Both the position numbers and the translations under genes were made by a program. A stretch of DNA of 63,158 bases, filler included, from Bdellovibrionota bacterium (GTDB lineage: Bacteria > Bdellovibrionota > Bdellovibrionia > Bdellovibrionales > JAEYZS01): the NCBI GenBank assembly GCA_963169515.1. It is 6 parts of 6 records of this genome, joined end to end, with 100 filler letters (N's around TTAATTAATTAA, not from the genome) between each part and the next. Parts side by side here need not be neighbours in the genome. Positions count along the whole stretch, not along the records: positions 39,641 to 46,285 come from CAUJEF010000101.1; positions 46,386 to 55,906 come from CAUJEF010000103.1; 4 more parts are not named here. One strand, 5' to 3'. Positions 39,641 to 49,484 of this stretch are shown here, in pieces; the first letter of the stretch is position 1; each line of letters starts with the position of its first letter. The notes beneath the pieces are model-generated. The model was not told where the DNA came from, searched no databases, and saw only the letters and a program-made list of their open reading frames with translations.

Positions 39641-39887
39641 TTGGTTGGAGGTGGGCGATGATCATAAAAAAAGGATATTTATCGAGGCGATTACGAGGAG
39701 GCGATTAAAAGCATCCATAAAATTCAGCCGCAAGACGGGTGTGCGACTGGTTTATGCCCAGCTAAGTCCAGACTGGGTTCAAGAAGCTGCTAGTTGGTCA
39801 TTTACGAATTTGCCCCTTGGAACTGCCATCGTCAAAGGAAATTCAAAAAAATTTGGCAACCTTTCCTTAGTGGAATGGTACGGTTGA
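39641..39887 (+). CDS. C-terminal fragment of a hypothetical protein
   Basis: Open frame from the contig start to the stop at 39887. Confidence 0.4.
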
Positions 39888-39937
39888 AAGTTCTTCAAAG
39901 GCGAAAAGTAATATTTGTTTTGTACTATAATCGCCGC

Positions 39938-40213
39938 ATGACGGGAAAACAAATAAGCTTTTCAGATATTCTTAAATCATTTGACAGCAGTATGCAAGCA
40001 CTATTCGACCTGTATCTATCCATTCAGGATTCTACAGCTAATGTCCTAAAGGGCAAAAAAGAATATGCCGTGGAACTACTTGAAAGAGCAGTCAATGCCG
40101 GCGAAGTGACATTTTTAGACCTGGATCACTGGGTAATCTTTGAGTATTTTGCCAAAGAACCGTCCTTTGAACGTATTAGAGAACAGCTTGAGTCCAAGGT
40201 GAAGATAGTGTAA
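39938..40213 (+). CDS. Small hypothetical protein with a TPR-like tail, possibly leaderless
   Basis: TATAAT 6 nt before ATG 39938; AVELLERAVNAG...DHW..F...EPSFERI helix pattern. Confidence 0.4.
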   Translation: MTGKQISFSDILKSFDSSMQALFDLYLSIQDSTANVLKGKKEYAVELLERAVNAGEVTFLDLDHWVIFEYFAKEPSFERIREQLESKVKIV

Positions 40214-40261
40214 TTTCTTTGATCGAAAGTTTTTTCAAGATTAAGAAGGCAGGGATCAGCG

Positions 40262-40612
40262 ATGAAAAATGACGAGATTAACCTGGCGATTAGTATTCGC
40301 CAGCCGTATGTGGAAATGATATTACGGGGAATTAAAAAGGCAGAATATCGCTCCCAATTAACTCATATTCGAGGTGCTGTGTATTTGTATGCTGCCATGA
40401 AACCCGGCAATCCTGATTACTACACCCAATTGAAAATTGAACCCGGCACCCTTCCCACAGGATTGATCGTCGGCACAGTAGAGATCATAGGATGTAAATA
40501 TCGTATTCTTCACGGAGACTATGAATGGCAGCTTGCAAATCCAGTTCGTTTGGACAAACCCATAAAGCCAGAACGTCAACCTCAGCCGGTATTTTTCAAG
40601 CCATTTAACTAA
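40262..40612 (+). CDS. ASCH domain protein
   Basis: AISIRQPYVEMILRGIKKAEYRS (GxKxxExR), GLIVGTVEI, WQLANP. Confidence 0.88.
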   Translation: MKNDEINLAISIRQPYVEMILRGIKKAEYRSQLTHIRGAVYLYAAMKPGNPDYYTQLKIEPGTLPTGLIVGTVEIIGCKYRILHGDYEWQLANPVRLDKPIKPERQPQPVFFKPFN

Positions 40613-40660
40613 TTTTGTCCGTTGCATGGGCAGGTAGTGTTACGAAAAACGTCATGTTCG

Positions 40661-40703
40661 TCGGTTTACAAAGTTTATATAAAGATGTATAATTGTAAAC
40701 CGA
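40661..40703 (+). promoter_or_regulatory. Sigma70 promoter flanked by an 11-bp inverted repeat (probable operator)
   Basis: TTTACA (40665-40670) N17 TATAAT (40688-40693); TCGGTTTACAA (40661-40671) / TTGTAAACCGA (40693-40703). Confidence 0.72.
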
Positions 40704-40722
40704 TAAGAAACGGAGGAACATC

Positions 40723-41784
40723 ATGTCCATAGGAGAGCGAATCAAGAGTGCCCGAATGCGGGCTGGCTTGAATTTGCGGGACTTGGCTGAAAACGTGGGT
40801 GTCAGCGCCCAGGCAATTTCCAAATACGAACGCGACATGGATGTGCCGGGGTCTTCAATTTTGATCAAATTAGCAAAAGCACTAGCCGTGCGCGTGGAAA
40901 CCTTGTTACGACCGCAGAGCGTTTCCCTTTCCCAACCCAGTTATCGCAGCCATCGCAGTAAACTCCTGGTCCGTGATCAGGAGACAATTCACGCTCAGGT
41001 TCTTGACTGGTTGGAGCGCTATATGGCAATTGAAGAGATCATGGGGGTGCAGGTCGAATTTCAAATGCCAAAGATCCATCGTAAGGTAAAAACCCTTGAT
41101 GAAATTGAGCAGGTCGCCCTGGATCTTCGTATGGCATGGAAGATCGGGCTGGACCCCATTGAAAACATGGTTGAGATCCTGGAAGCCCAGGGAATCAAGG
41201 TCGGAATTATTCCAGGCGCTGATCACTTTGACGCATTGACCTTGATGGCAAATGATGCCATCCCAGTCATTGTTGTAAAGGATGGAATGCCCGGTGATCG
41301 TCAACGGTTGAGCGTTGCACATGAATTGGGACACCTGATCCTGGATATAGCGGATGGACTGGACGAGGAAAAAGCAGCATATCGTTTTGCTGGCGCTTTT
41401 CTTGCCCCTCACCCTGCTGTACTTCTAGAGTTGGGAGACCGACGCAGTCGCCTTGATCCTTATGAATTACATGTCCTCAAGCACAAGTACGGTATGAGCA
41501 TGCAAGCTTGGATCTATCGTGCTCGTGATTTGCATATCCTAAGCGAAGCGGACGCTACTGCCATGTATCGTCAATTTAATGCAAAGGGCTGGAAGCAACT
41601 TGAGCCTGGCGATCCTTATCCAATTGAATCAACCGAGCGGCTGGAAAGGTTGGTCATTCGAGGATTAACGGAGGAAATGATTTCTGAACCAAGAGCAGCC
41701 GAGCTACTTGGTAAACCTTTGTCGGAATTTTGGAAGCAGGCAAGCAAACAACATGACGGTCTCCCGCTCCCGATTTATCATTGA
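40723..41784 (+). CDS. XRE-HTH plus ImmA/IrrE metallopeptidase
   Basis: IGERIKSAR...VSAQAISKYE HTH; RQRLSVAHELGH and E..AYRFAGAFL. Confidence 0.92.
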   Translation: MSIGERIKSARMRAGLNLRDLAENVGVSAQAISKYERDMDVPGSSILIKLAKALAVRVETLLRPQSVSLSQPSYRSHRSKLLVRDQETIHAQVLDWLERYMAIEEIMGVQVEFQMPKIHRKVKTLDEIEQVALDLRMAWKIGLDPIENMVEILEAQGIKVGIIPGADHFDALTLMANDAIPVIVVKDGMPGDRQRLSVAHELGHLILDIADGLDEEKAAYRFAGAFLAPHPAVLLELGDRRSRLDPYELHVLKHKYGMSMQAWIYRARDLHILSEADATAMYRQFNAKGWKQLEPGDPYPIESTERLERLVIRGLTEEMISEPRAAELLGKPLSEFWKQASKQHDGLPLPIYH

Positions 41785-42250
41785 TACAAATGTGTTGATC
41801 GACCTGCACCGTGGAGAGATACTCAGGCAGTTTTTCGCCCTGCCATATCGTTTTAGCGCCCCGGATGTGATCATCGATGAACTGGAAGACCCGGATGGCA
41901 GCCTGCTTTTGGATTATGGATTGCAAAGAGGGGAACTTAGCGGGGAAAGAGTGTTGGAAGTGTACGAGCTATCCGGGTATCACCGAAATATTGCCTTGAA
42001 CGATCTATTTGCCCTCGTTTTGGCGGCTTCGATAGGGGTCACTCTTCTAACTGGGGATAACCGCTTGCGCACATTGGCAGCAAAACACAATGTCCGGGTA
42101 CACGGAACTCTATGGGTTTTGGACGAAATGGTTTCTAAGAACAAATTAAAGCCTGTGGAGGCGCGTCGGGCACTTACGAAGATGCTGGAGCACGGGAGCC
42201 GGCTGCCAATTGGGGAGTTTCAGGCTAGGTTAAGGTTGTGGGATAGATAA
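41753..42250 (+). CDS. PIN-domain protein (DUF3368-like)
   Basis: IIDTNVLID, DVIIDEL, ND..ALVLA, LLTGDNRLR, VHGTLWVL; overlaps the upstream gene by 32 nt. Confidence 0.85.
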   Translation: MTVSRSRFIIDTNVLIDLHRGEILRQFFALPYRFSAPDVIIDELEDPDGSLLLDYGLQRGELSGERVLEVYELSGYHRNIALNDLFALVLAASIGVTLLTGDNRLRTLAAKHNVRVHGTLWVLDEMVSKNKLKPVEARRALTKMLEHGSRLPIGEFQARLRLWDR

Positions 42251-42580
42251 AGGTAAGGATTGTTTGAGAAGCCAGAGATATTAAGTAATCATAGATAGTG
42301 TATCAGTAGATATTGTGAAAAAAGTGATGCTAATACTTGGTTTAGTAGTTTTAGACGATCATAATCTTGGGAAAGCTCTCGTAAGTAACATATTGCAATT
42401 ATTCGTGTGGGAGAAGGTTTTTTTCTATCATTGTTGACTAATGGCTTAAAGTGTAAAAAATTGAATTTGCAAGGTTATAATTTAAAATATTAGTTGGGAA
42501 CTTTTGATTAGCAAAGCAAACTTAGGTCGGAACAAGAAATTTACCATCCAAAAATTATCAATTGGAAAGAAATCAAAATA

Positions 42581-45439
42581 ATGACCACTCCCTACCATGC
42601 AAAATACTTCGCCCACGAATTGACCAAACGGCATTCCGCCAATGACCCTGAAAAATTTGCAGGGACATTGGTGGACGCCCAGGTAGACCTTAATCCTCAT
42701 CAAGTGGATGCGGCTTTATTTGCGTTTAGCTCGCCGCTTTCCAGAGGAGCTTTGCTTGCGGATGAGGTTGGGCTGGGGAAAACAATCGAAGCAGGGATGG
42801 TCATTTCCCAGCGATGGGCAGAGCGCAAGCGTCGAATTCTGGTGATTACTCCTTCCAATTTGCGAAAGCAGTGGTTTCAGGAATTGCAGGAAAAATTCTT
42901 TTTACCCTGCCAGATACTCGAAACCAAAAATTACAACCAATTTGTTCGCGATGGAAATAGTAATCCATTTAGCGCTGATAGTATCCTTATTTGTTCTTAT
43001 CACTTTGCGCGCCAGAAATCTATGGACGTGACCCGAGTTCCCTGGGATCTGGTCGTGATAGATGAAGCTCATCGCTTGCGAAACGTATACAAGAAGTCGA
43101 ACAAGATTGCCAACGAATTACGGGATGCGCTCAAAGGTGTGGATAAATTATTGTTGACCGCGACGCCTTTGCAAAACTCCCTGCTGGAATTATACGGTCT
43201 CGTTAGTTTTATTGATGAATATACTTTTGGTGATCTTAATAGTTTCAGGGAGCAGTTCAGCGACTTAAGCGATCCCTTTACCTTCAAAACGCTCAAAGCG
43301 CGCCTAAAGCCAATTTGCCAGCGCACATTGCGCAGCCAGGTCTTGCCTTATATCAACTACACCAAACGCTTCCCGATGTTGGAAGAATTTACCCCGAATC
43401 AGGACGAGGCAGTGCTGTACGATATGGTTTCTGATTATTTGCGTAAACCTGAACTACAGGCTTTGCCATCTGGTCAACGACAGCTCCTTACTCTTGTGCT
43501 ACGTAAATTACTGGCGTCTTCCACTTTTGCGATTGCAGGTGCGCTCGATAAAATGGCCAAACGCCTGCAAAAAAAGTTAGATGAATCTAATCCAGTATTG
43601 GAATCCCTTGAAGATACCTTGGATGAAGATTTTGAATCTCTCGATGAGCTATCGGAAGAATGGGAACAAGCAGATGAAGACACGACGGAATTAACCGAAC
43701 CTGAACGTAAAGCGCTGGAAGCGGAAATTGCTGAGTTGAAAGATTTTTATAATCTGGCAGTTTCGATTACTGAGAACTCCAAGGGGTTGGCTTTATTAAA
43801 TGCGCTTAAGGAGGCATTTTCTAAGGCAAAGGAACTTGGAGCAGAACCCAAAGCGCTAGTCTTCACCGAGTCTCGCAGAACTCAGGAATATCTCTTGAGG
43901 TTGTTATCTGACACCGTATATCGGGATGGCATTGTTCTGTTTAATGGCTCAAACAACGATGAAAAATCAAAACAGATTTATACCGAATGGCTTGCACACT
44001 ACCAAAACACAGACCGAGTAACAGGTTCGCGGTCTGCGGACATGCGCTCCGCGCTCGTGGATTATTTCCGCGAAACAGGTCAGATTATGATTGCAACGGA
44101 GGCGGGGGCAGAGGGAATTAACTTGCAATTCTGCTCACTCGTCATCAATTATGACTTGCCGTGGAATCCACAGCGGGTTGAACAACGGATCGGACGCTGC
44201 CATCGTTATGGACAAAAGTATGACGTGGTTGTGGTTAATTTTCTGAATAAAGAAAACGCGGCAGATCAACGTGTGTATGAATTGTTGGCTCAAAAATTCC
44301 AACTCTTTGCTGGTGTGTTTGGCGCAAGTGATGAGATTCTTGGGGTTGTAGAATCCGCGGCTGTGCCGTTTGAAAAGCGTATTGCAGAGATCTACCAAAA
44401 TTGTCGAACACCTGAAGAAATCAATGCGTCATTTGACCAGTTACAGGAAGAGTTAAGCGCCCAGATCATGGATGCGATGACGCAGGCGCGGAAATCCTTG
44501 CTGGAGCATTTTGACGATGAGGTTAAAGAGAAGTTGCGCGTACGTGATGTAGATACGAAACAAAACCTGAATCGCTACGAAAAAATGTTGATGCAACTGA
44601 CTGAACACGAACTTGACGGTTATGCTGAATTTAGAAGCGACTCTTCCTTTATCCTAAAAGAAGGAAAGTATGTTCGCGAAGATGTTCCTGCGGGTTTGTA
44701 TGAACTGCCGCGCCGCTCAGGGGACGCGCATTTCTACAGGCTTGCCCATCCCCTGGCGCAGCAAGTGATCGAACAGGCGAAAAGCCGTTTGTTAAGTTCC
44801 GCCGAACTGGTTTTCCATTATTCTGATGCTCAAAACAAAATCAGCGTTTTGGAGAATATGCCCATGAAGCAGGGATGGTCTCAATTATCTTTACTCACGA
44901 TTGAATCACTTTCTCAAACGGAAGACCGCCTGATCTGGACGGCGTTTAGCGATGATGGGACAGTTTTGGAAGATGATATTGCGCGGCGTTTATTTGACCT
45001 GCCAGCGCGCATTGAAGCAAGCGGTAATTTGCCCGAGTGCCCAGTTGAGATGAGTCTCCGCACGGACGAATCTAAAAAATCAATTTTGTCAGAAATAAGT
45101 TTACGTAACGCGCAGCTCTTTGAATCCGAGATTAACAAATTGGAATCCTGGTCGGATGACCGCAAGGTAATGTTGGAACGGGAAATTAAGGAGTACGACC
45201 GCAGAATTAAAGAGGCACGCCGCTCTGCAATCGCCGCCATCACGTTGGAAGATAAACTCACGGTGCAAAAAGAAGTGAAATCGCTTGAAAAAGAGCGCTC
45301 CGAAAAACGCCGTGTTCTTTTTCAAGCACAGGATGAAATTGATGCACAGCGGGATAGAATTATCAAAGATACAGAAGGACGCATGAACCAGCAAGTAGAT
45401 ACTTCTGAAGTGTTTTGTATTCGTTGGAAAATTGCATAA
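42581..45439 (+). CDS. SNF2-family helicase/ATPase with a C-terminal coiled coil
   Basis: LADEVGLGKT, DEAH, LTATP, EGINLQ, QRIGRCHRYGQ. Confidence 0.92.
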   Translation: MTTPYHAKYFAHELTKRHSANDPEKFAGTLVDAQVDLNPHQVDAALFAFSSPLSRGALLADEVGLGKTIEAGMVISQRWAERKRRILVITPSNLRKQWFQELQEKFFLPCQILETKNYNQFVRDGNSNPFSADSILICSYHFARQKSMDVTRVPWDLVVIDEAHRLRNVYKKSNKIANELRDALKGVDKLLLTATPLQNSLLELYGLVSFIDEYTFGDLNSFREQFSDLSDPFTFKTLKARLKPICQRTLRSQVLPYINYTKRFPMLEEFTPNQDEAVLYDMVSDYLRKPELQALPSGQRQLLTLVLRKLLASSTFAIAGALDKMAKRLQKKLDESNPVLESLEDTLDEDFESLDELSEEWEQADEDTTELTEPERKALEAEIAELKDFYNLAVSITENSKGLALLNALKEAFSKAKELGAEPKALVFTESRRTQEYLLRLLSDTVYRDGIVLFNGSNNDEKSKQIYTEWLAHYQNTDRVTGSRSADMRSALVDYFRETGQIMIATEAGAEGINLQFCSLVINYDLPWNPQRVEQRIGRCHRYGQKYDVVVVNFLNKENAADQRVYELLAQKFQLFAGVFGASDEILGVVESAAVPFEKRIAEIYQNCRTPEEINASFDQLQEELSAQIMDAMTQARKSLLEHFDDEVKEKLRVRDVDTKQNLNRYEKMLMQLTEHELDGYAEFRSDSSFILKEGKYVREDVPAGLYELPRRSGDAHFYRLAHPLAQQVIEQAKSRLLSSAELVFHYSDAQNKISVLENMPMKQGWSQLSLLTIESLSQTEDRLIWTAFSDDGTVLEDDIARRLFDLPARIEASGNLPECPVEMSLRTDESKKSILSEISLRNAQLFESEINKLESWSDDRKVMLEREIKEYDRRIKEARRSAIAAITLEDKLTVQKEVKSLEKERSEKRRVLFQAQDEIDAQRDRIIKDTEGRMNQQVDTSEVFCIRWKIA

Positions 45440-45483
45440 ACAGGAACTTTATTATGCTTAGATCAACAAGTCTTGGTGCAGGA

Positions 45484-46285
45484 ATGAATAGAGAGCAGGT
45501 TTTAGTCGCTCTTGAAAATCGCTATTTTCAAATGTTGCCTTCTCGATTTCCAGGTAGACCAATGGAAGAACAACGTAAAGATCGATTTAGCCGCGCCCTT
45601 GCCGCCTTTGCAATTCAAAAACTTTCTAACTGCAACGATATAGATTCAGTTGCCTCTATAGTGGATTGTGGTGATGATAATGGTATAGATGCAATCTACT
45701 ACGACCGCATGAAAAATACTCTTTGGTTGCTTCAATCTAAATTTGGCGACGCTCCAGATCGAGGTTCAAATCAATCTTTTTGCATGGGCATAAACGATCT
45801 CATATCTGAGCGATATGACAGGTTTCGCCAGACTACAGATAATCCCGAATTTACTCGTGTGCAGCCTGATGTGGAAGACGCTCTTTCGAATTCTTCAACT
45901 AAAGTAACTGCTTGCGTTGTTTATTTAGGTAACGCCTTGGGTATGCACGCTATTAGTGACCTTGATCAATTAAAGACTACGCAAAATGAGTTAAAGAATT
46001 GGTTTGATTGGCGCGAAATTGGCTTGCCTATATTACATGGATGGCTTAGTGCTGAACAAATGGTGCAGCCGATTGAAGTGGAAATTACGCTTGAGCATTG
46101 GAATTTTTTCACGAGTCCTAAGCGAGCAGTGTATGGGTTAATTAGTGCATCTCAACTAAACACACTTTACCAGCAACATGGAAATACACTGTTTCAAAGA
46201 AACATCAGACATTATCTGGGCAATCAAAGTGTAAATATGGCAATTATTAAAACAGTCCAGGAACAGCCTGTTGAATTTTTTTATT
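45484..46285 (+). CDS. AIPR-family protein, truncated by contig end
   Basis: DCGDDNGIDAIY...LLQSK nuclease-like N-domain, then LFQRNIRHYLG..VN.AI..T....P.EFFY. Confidence 0.8.
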
Positions 46286-46385
46286 NNNNNNNNNNNNNNN
46301 NNNNNNNNNNNNNNNNNNNNNNNNNNNNNTTAATTAATTAANNNNNNNNNNNNNNNNNNNNNNNNNNNNNNNNNNNNNNNNNNNN
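46286..46385. other. Artificial contig spacer
   Basis: Same 100-nt linker. Confidence 0.98.
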
Positions 46386-46488
46386 GTAAATCATCGGAAA
46401 TTTTTTGTGATTTTTTTTAATTCGCATTCAATATAGCGATTTGGGTATCGGTTGTTGTTTCGTGCTAGTCCACCACGCCAGCATGTCG

Positions 46489-46908
46489 TTATTGGAAGTA
46501 AATCAATTCGGCCGCTGGATTTTTAGTGATTGGCAAAACATTGGTAGACATCTTTTGCCCCTCTAGGCTTGACTCCAAAATTTTCGTCCTTCGTAGGGTC
46601 TCGTCTTTGATAATGTATTCTTTGAGCGTGCTGTCGGCAAAATCTTGCAAAGTTTCTAACCGTAGGGCATCCAATTGCGCGGCACCTTCGAGATTTATAA
46701 TACCAAACAGTTCGTATTGAACATAAACCGGGATAAGGATATCATTATTTGAAATAATAAATTGAGCTCCGAAATTTCTTTCTATTATTGTGACATCAAA
46801 ATCTGGGCTTTCCCCCGTTAAACTCGAGAGCCTTGTAAAGTTCACGTTGCAGCCAAATTTTTTTTGTGCGATTCGAGCAATCTTGTTTGTAGCATCTAAA
46901 ATATTCAT
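46489..46908 (-). CDS. Hypothetical protein (GAF-like fragment possible)
   Basis: 139-aa ORF with GGAGG SD; ILIPVYV..ELFGII pattern. Confidence 0.65.
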   Translation of the reverse strand: MNILDATNKIARIAQKKFGCNVNFTRLSSLTGESPDFDVTIIERNFGAQFIISNNDILIPVYVQYELFGIINLEGAAQLDALRLETLQDFADSTLKEYIIKDETLRRTKILESSLEGQKMSTNVLPITKNPAAELIYFQ

Positions 46909-46970
46909 CTAACGTTCCTCCGGCGTCCCGAGCTCTGGTGCCCGATCCGTTCTTCCTGACAACTCAATAC

Positions 46971-46985
46971 GCAATCCCTGTGCCG
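46971..46985 (-). promoter_or_regulatory. Sigma54 -24/-12 promoter
   Basis: Minus strand CGGCACAGGGATTGC (GG-N10-GC) about 60 nt upstream of ATG 46908. Confidence 0.62.
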
Positions 46986-47206
46986 ATGGCCAACACGTCT
47001 GTGGTCCCAAAAAGGGCACAAAAGCAAGAAAGTGCTAAGAAAACGAGGAGGTGGCGTAAGCCCATAAGACCTTGAAACTACTAATAAATTATTGGCTTGT
47101 AAGCTTTTCCTGTTCGGAGTTTATTCATCTATAAAAATGAGATGAAAAAAAGAAACGGCGTAGGAATTTTGAACCCACGCCGAACTAATGATCTAAGATG
47201 AATTAA

Positions 47207-48766
47207 TTACTTCATGATTTTTCGTTTATCGAGACCGTATTTTTCAACTTTCATGATCAGGCCGGCCCGGCTAATGCCAAGTTCTTTTGCTAATTTTGAC
47301 TTGTTCCAGCCCGTGCGGCGAAGCCCGTCTTTGATCATTTCGCGCTCCAGATCCTCTAGCGCATCTTTTAGTTTTCCATGGACGCGAGCGCCCTGAACTT
47401 TTCCTTTTTGTGTTTCTTCAAGAATTCGACCAGATAGCATTTCTGCGGTTACTTTGTTTTCAGCGCCTGACAACACGACCAAGCGTTCGATTTCATTTTG
47501 AAGCTCGCGAACATTGCCTGGCCATACGTGGTCGTATAGCTTTTCGAGGGCACGTTTTGTTATGGTTTTCCGTGGGTGCCCTTCTTTTGCGGCGCGATCA
47601 AGGAAGTATTCAATTAACAAAGGAATATCTTCTTTGCGCTCTCGCAATGGCGGAACGCGAAGGTTGATCACGTTTAATCGATAGTACAAGTCTTCTCGGA
47701 ACGTGCCCTTTTCAACCATTTCTTTAAGATCACGATTTGTTGCCGCGATGACGCGCACATCGACTCGGCGTGGTTCGGTTGCGCCGACCGGGGTGAAGGT
47801 GCCTTCTTGCAATACGCGCAAGAGCTTTACCTGCATTGATGGTGAGGTGTCGCCAATCTCGTCCAGGAAGAAAGTGCCCTTATTTGCAATTTCGAATAGC
47901 CCCTTTTTGTCTTTTACTGCGCCTGTGAAGGATCCTTTTACATGGCCGAATAATTCTGATTCTAAAAGATTATCGTTAAATGCGGAACAGTTTTGAATAA
48001 CAAACGGTTTGTCTTTGCGAATCGAATTGTAGTGGATTGCTTTTGCAATTAGCTCTTTCCCGGTACCGTTTTCCCCAGATATCATCACGGTACTTTCTGC
48101 GTTCTTTATTTTATCCAATAGAGCGTACAATTCCTGCATCGGTTTTGATTTGCCGATCATGTTGTCATATTTATAGCGGCTCCCCAATTCTTTATTTAAT
48201 TCGTTAATGCGATCTTCGCGGGACGAAATTTCAAGATGAAGGGTCACAACCTCTTGTGATACAAGCTCTACAAGCTCTGCAAAGTGTTCTCGGTCATCGT
48301 CTTTTAATGTTTTAATAACAGGAAGTGCCTTTTCAACTAGGTCCGCAGCTGCCCCGTAAGCAGCAAGTCGTTCGCGAACTTCAGAAAGTTTATTTTTTTC
48401 AGAGTCGCCTTTGAAAAACCCAAGTGCAGCAACAGCGCCGACAAAGTCATTATCGATAACGATCGGTACAATCGCACAATCAAAACCCGTAGTGTCCCAG
48501 CTTTTTAAGATATAGCGATTGCCCGTTTGGCGCAGGTCTTCGATCCCTTTGTTTACGAAATCAGTGAGCTGTTCAATCACAGCGTCTTTTTCCATAAAAT
48601 ATTTAACGACAGGATTCTTTATTGGGGTTTTGTCTTTTGTAAACCCTTTAAGCTGTCCGCGATCATCTGTAAATACAATTTCAATGTTCCACCAAGAGCT
48701 TAAAACATGCTTAAGTTTTTTAATAACGTGTATATGTTCAAATTCGTCCCAATTTATCATCGACAT
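47207..48766 (-). CDS. Sigma54-dependent enhancer-binding protein with a PocR-like sensor domain
   Basis: GENGTGKE, ESELFGHVKGSFTGA, FLDEIG, FREDLYYRL, WPGNVRELQN, Fis-type HTH; N-terminal AIVPIVIDNDFVG. Confidence 0.9.
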   Translation of the reverse strand: MSMINWDEFEHIHVIKKLKHVLSSWWNIEIVFTDDRGQLKGFTKDKTPIKNPVVKYFMEKDAVIEQLTDFVNKGIEDLRQTGNRYILKSWDTTGFDCAIVPIVIDNDFVGAVAALGFFKGDSEKNKLSEVRERLAAYGAAADLVEKALPVIKTLKDDDREHFAELVELVSQEVVTLHLEISSREDRINELNKELGSRYKYDNMIGKSKPMQELYALLDKIKNAESTVMISGENGTGKELIAKAIHYNSIRKDKPFVIQNCSAFNDNLLESELFGHVKGSFTGAVKDKKGLFEIANKGTFFLDEIGDTSPSMQVKLLRVLQEGTFTPVGATEPRRVDVRVIAATNRDLKEMVEKGTFREDLYYRLNVINLRVPPLRERKEDIPLLIEYFLDRAAKEGHPRKTITKRALEKLYDHVWPGNVRELQNEIERLVVLSGAENKVTAEMLSGRILEETQKGKVQGARVHGKLKDALEDLEREMIKDGLRRTGWNKSKLAKELGISRAGLIMKVEKYGLDKRKIMK

Positions 48767-48819
48767 GAATCGGTCCTCCAAAAGCACTGGCAAAGTTTTG
48801 TTCAGGTCTGTCAAAAAAC

Positions 48820-48846
48820 TTATCGTCAATTAATTGGACGATCTTA
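48820..48846 (-). promoter_or_regulatory. Sigma28-like promoter of the enhancer-binding protein gene
   Basis: Minus strand TAAG-N15-GACGATAA. Confidence 0.45.
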
Positions 48847-48862
48847 AATAAACATTGGGAAA

Positions 48863-48879
48863 CGTCTCAGAGTGAGACG
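48863..48879. promoter_or_regulatory. Palindromic site CGTCTCA-N3-TGAGACG, candidate transcription-factor site
   Basis: Perfect 7-bp inverted repeat between divergent genes. Confidence 0.45.
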
Positions 48880-48989
48880 CTCTAATTTGCAATTCATTTT
48901 GACACAAGTAAAACGAATTTACGTCGTTCTGTAGCGTGTGCGTTCAGGCCCATGGCACGGGTTGCACTTCAAAGGTACAGGGGAATTCT

Positions 48990-49367
48990 ATGTCCATTTA
49001 TAAAATAATACTTATGGTGGTTTTAAGTTTTATGGTCTACGGATGTGGAAAAACTGAATTCTATAAAGCTGGAGAGGACGACAAAGTTATGGTTTCTGAT
49101 CTGGCAAGCGATAACTTAAATTCCGGTGCTAACGCGGACGAGGCCCTTAAAGTTGCACGAGGTTGTATTTGCCATGTGCCCCCAGGCAATCCCGCTCGTG
49201 CCCACACAATTTGTATAGGGGAGCCCGCAATCCCATCTCATATAGATCACCACGAAGATTTTATTGGTTCTTGCGACAAACCAGTTTTGCAAGTGCCCCC
49301 ACCTCGCGGACCAATTACGATACCGGCCCCGCCTCCGATCGAAGAGCCCGCGCCAGAAACAATATAA
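48990..49367 (+). CDS. Small lipoprotein with a His/Cys motif and Pro-rich tail
   Basis: Lipobox VYGC; ICHVPPGNPARAHTICIG...HIDHHEDFIGSC. Confidence 0.7.
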   Translation: MSIYKIILMVVLSFMVYGCGKTEFYKAGEDDKVMVSDLASDNLNSGANADEALKVARGCICHVPPGNPARAHTICIGEPAIPSHIDHHEDFIGSCDKPVLQVPPPRGPITIPAPPPIEEPAPETI

Positions 49368-49484
49368 TAAAGCAATAGAAAATTTGAGTCCGGTTATCGG
49401 ACAAAAGTTACGAAATCCGGAAGTAGCAATGGCTGCAGTATGAGCTGTTGAAAAAAAGTGTCATACAGTATATTCATTGCCGCC

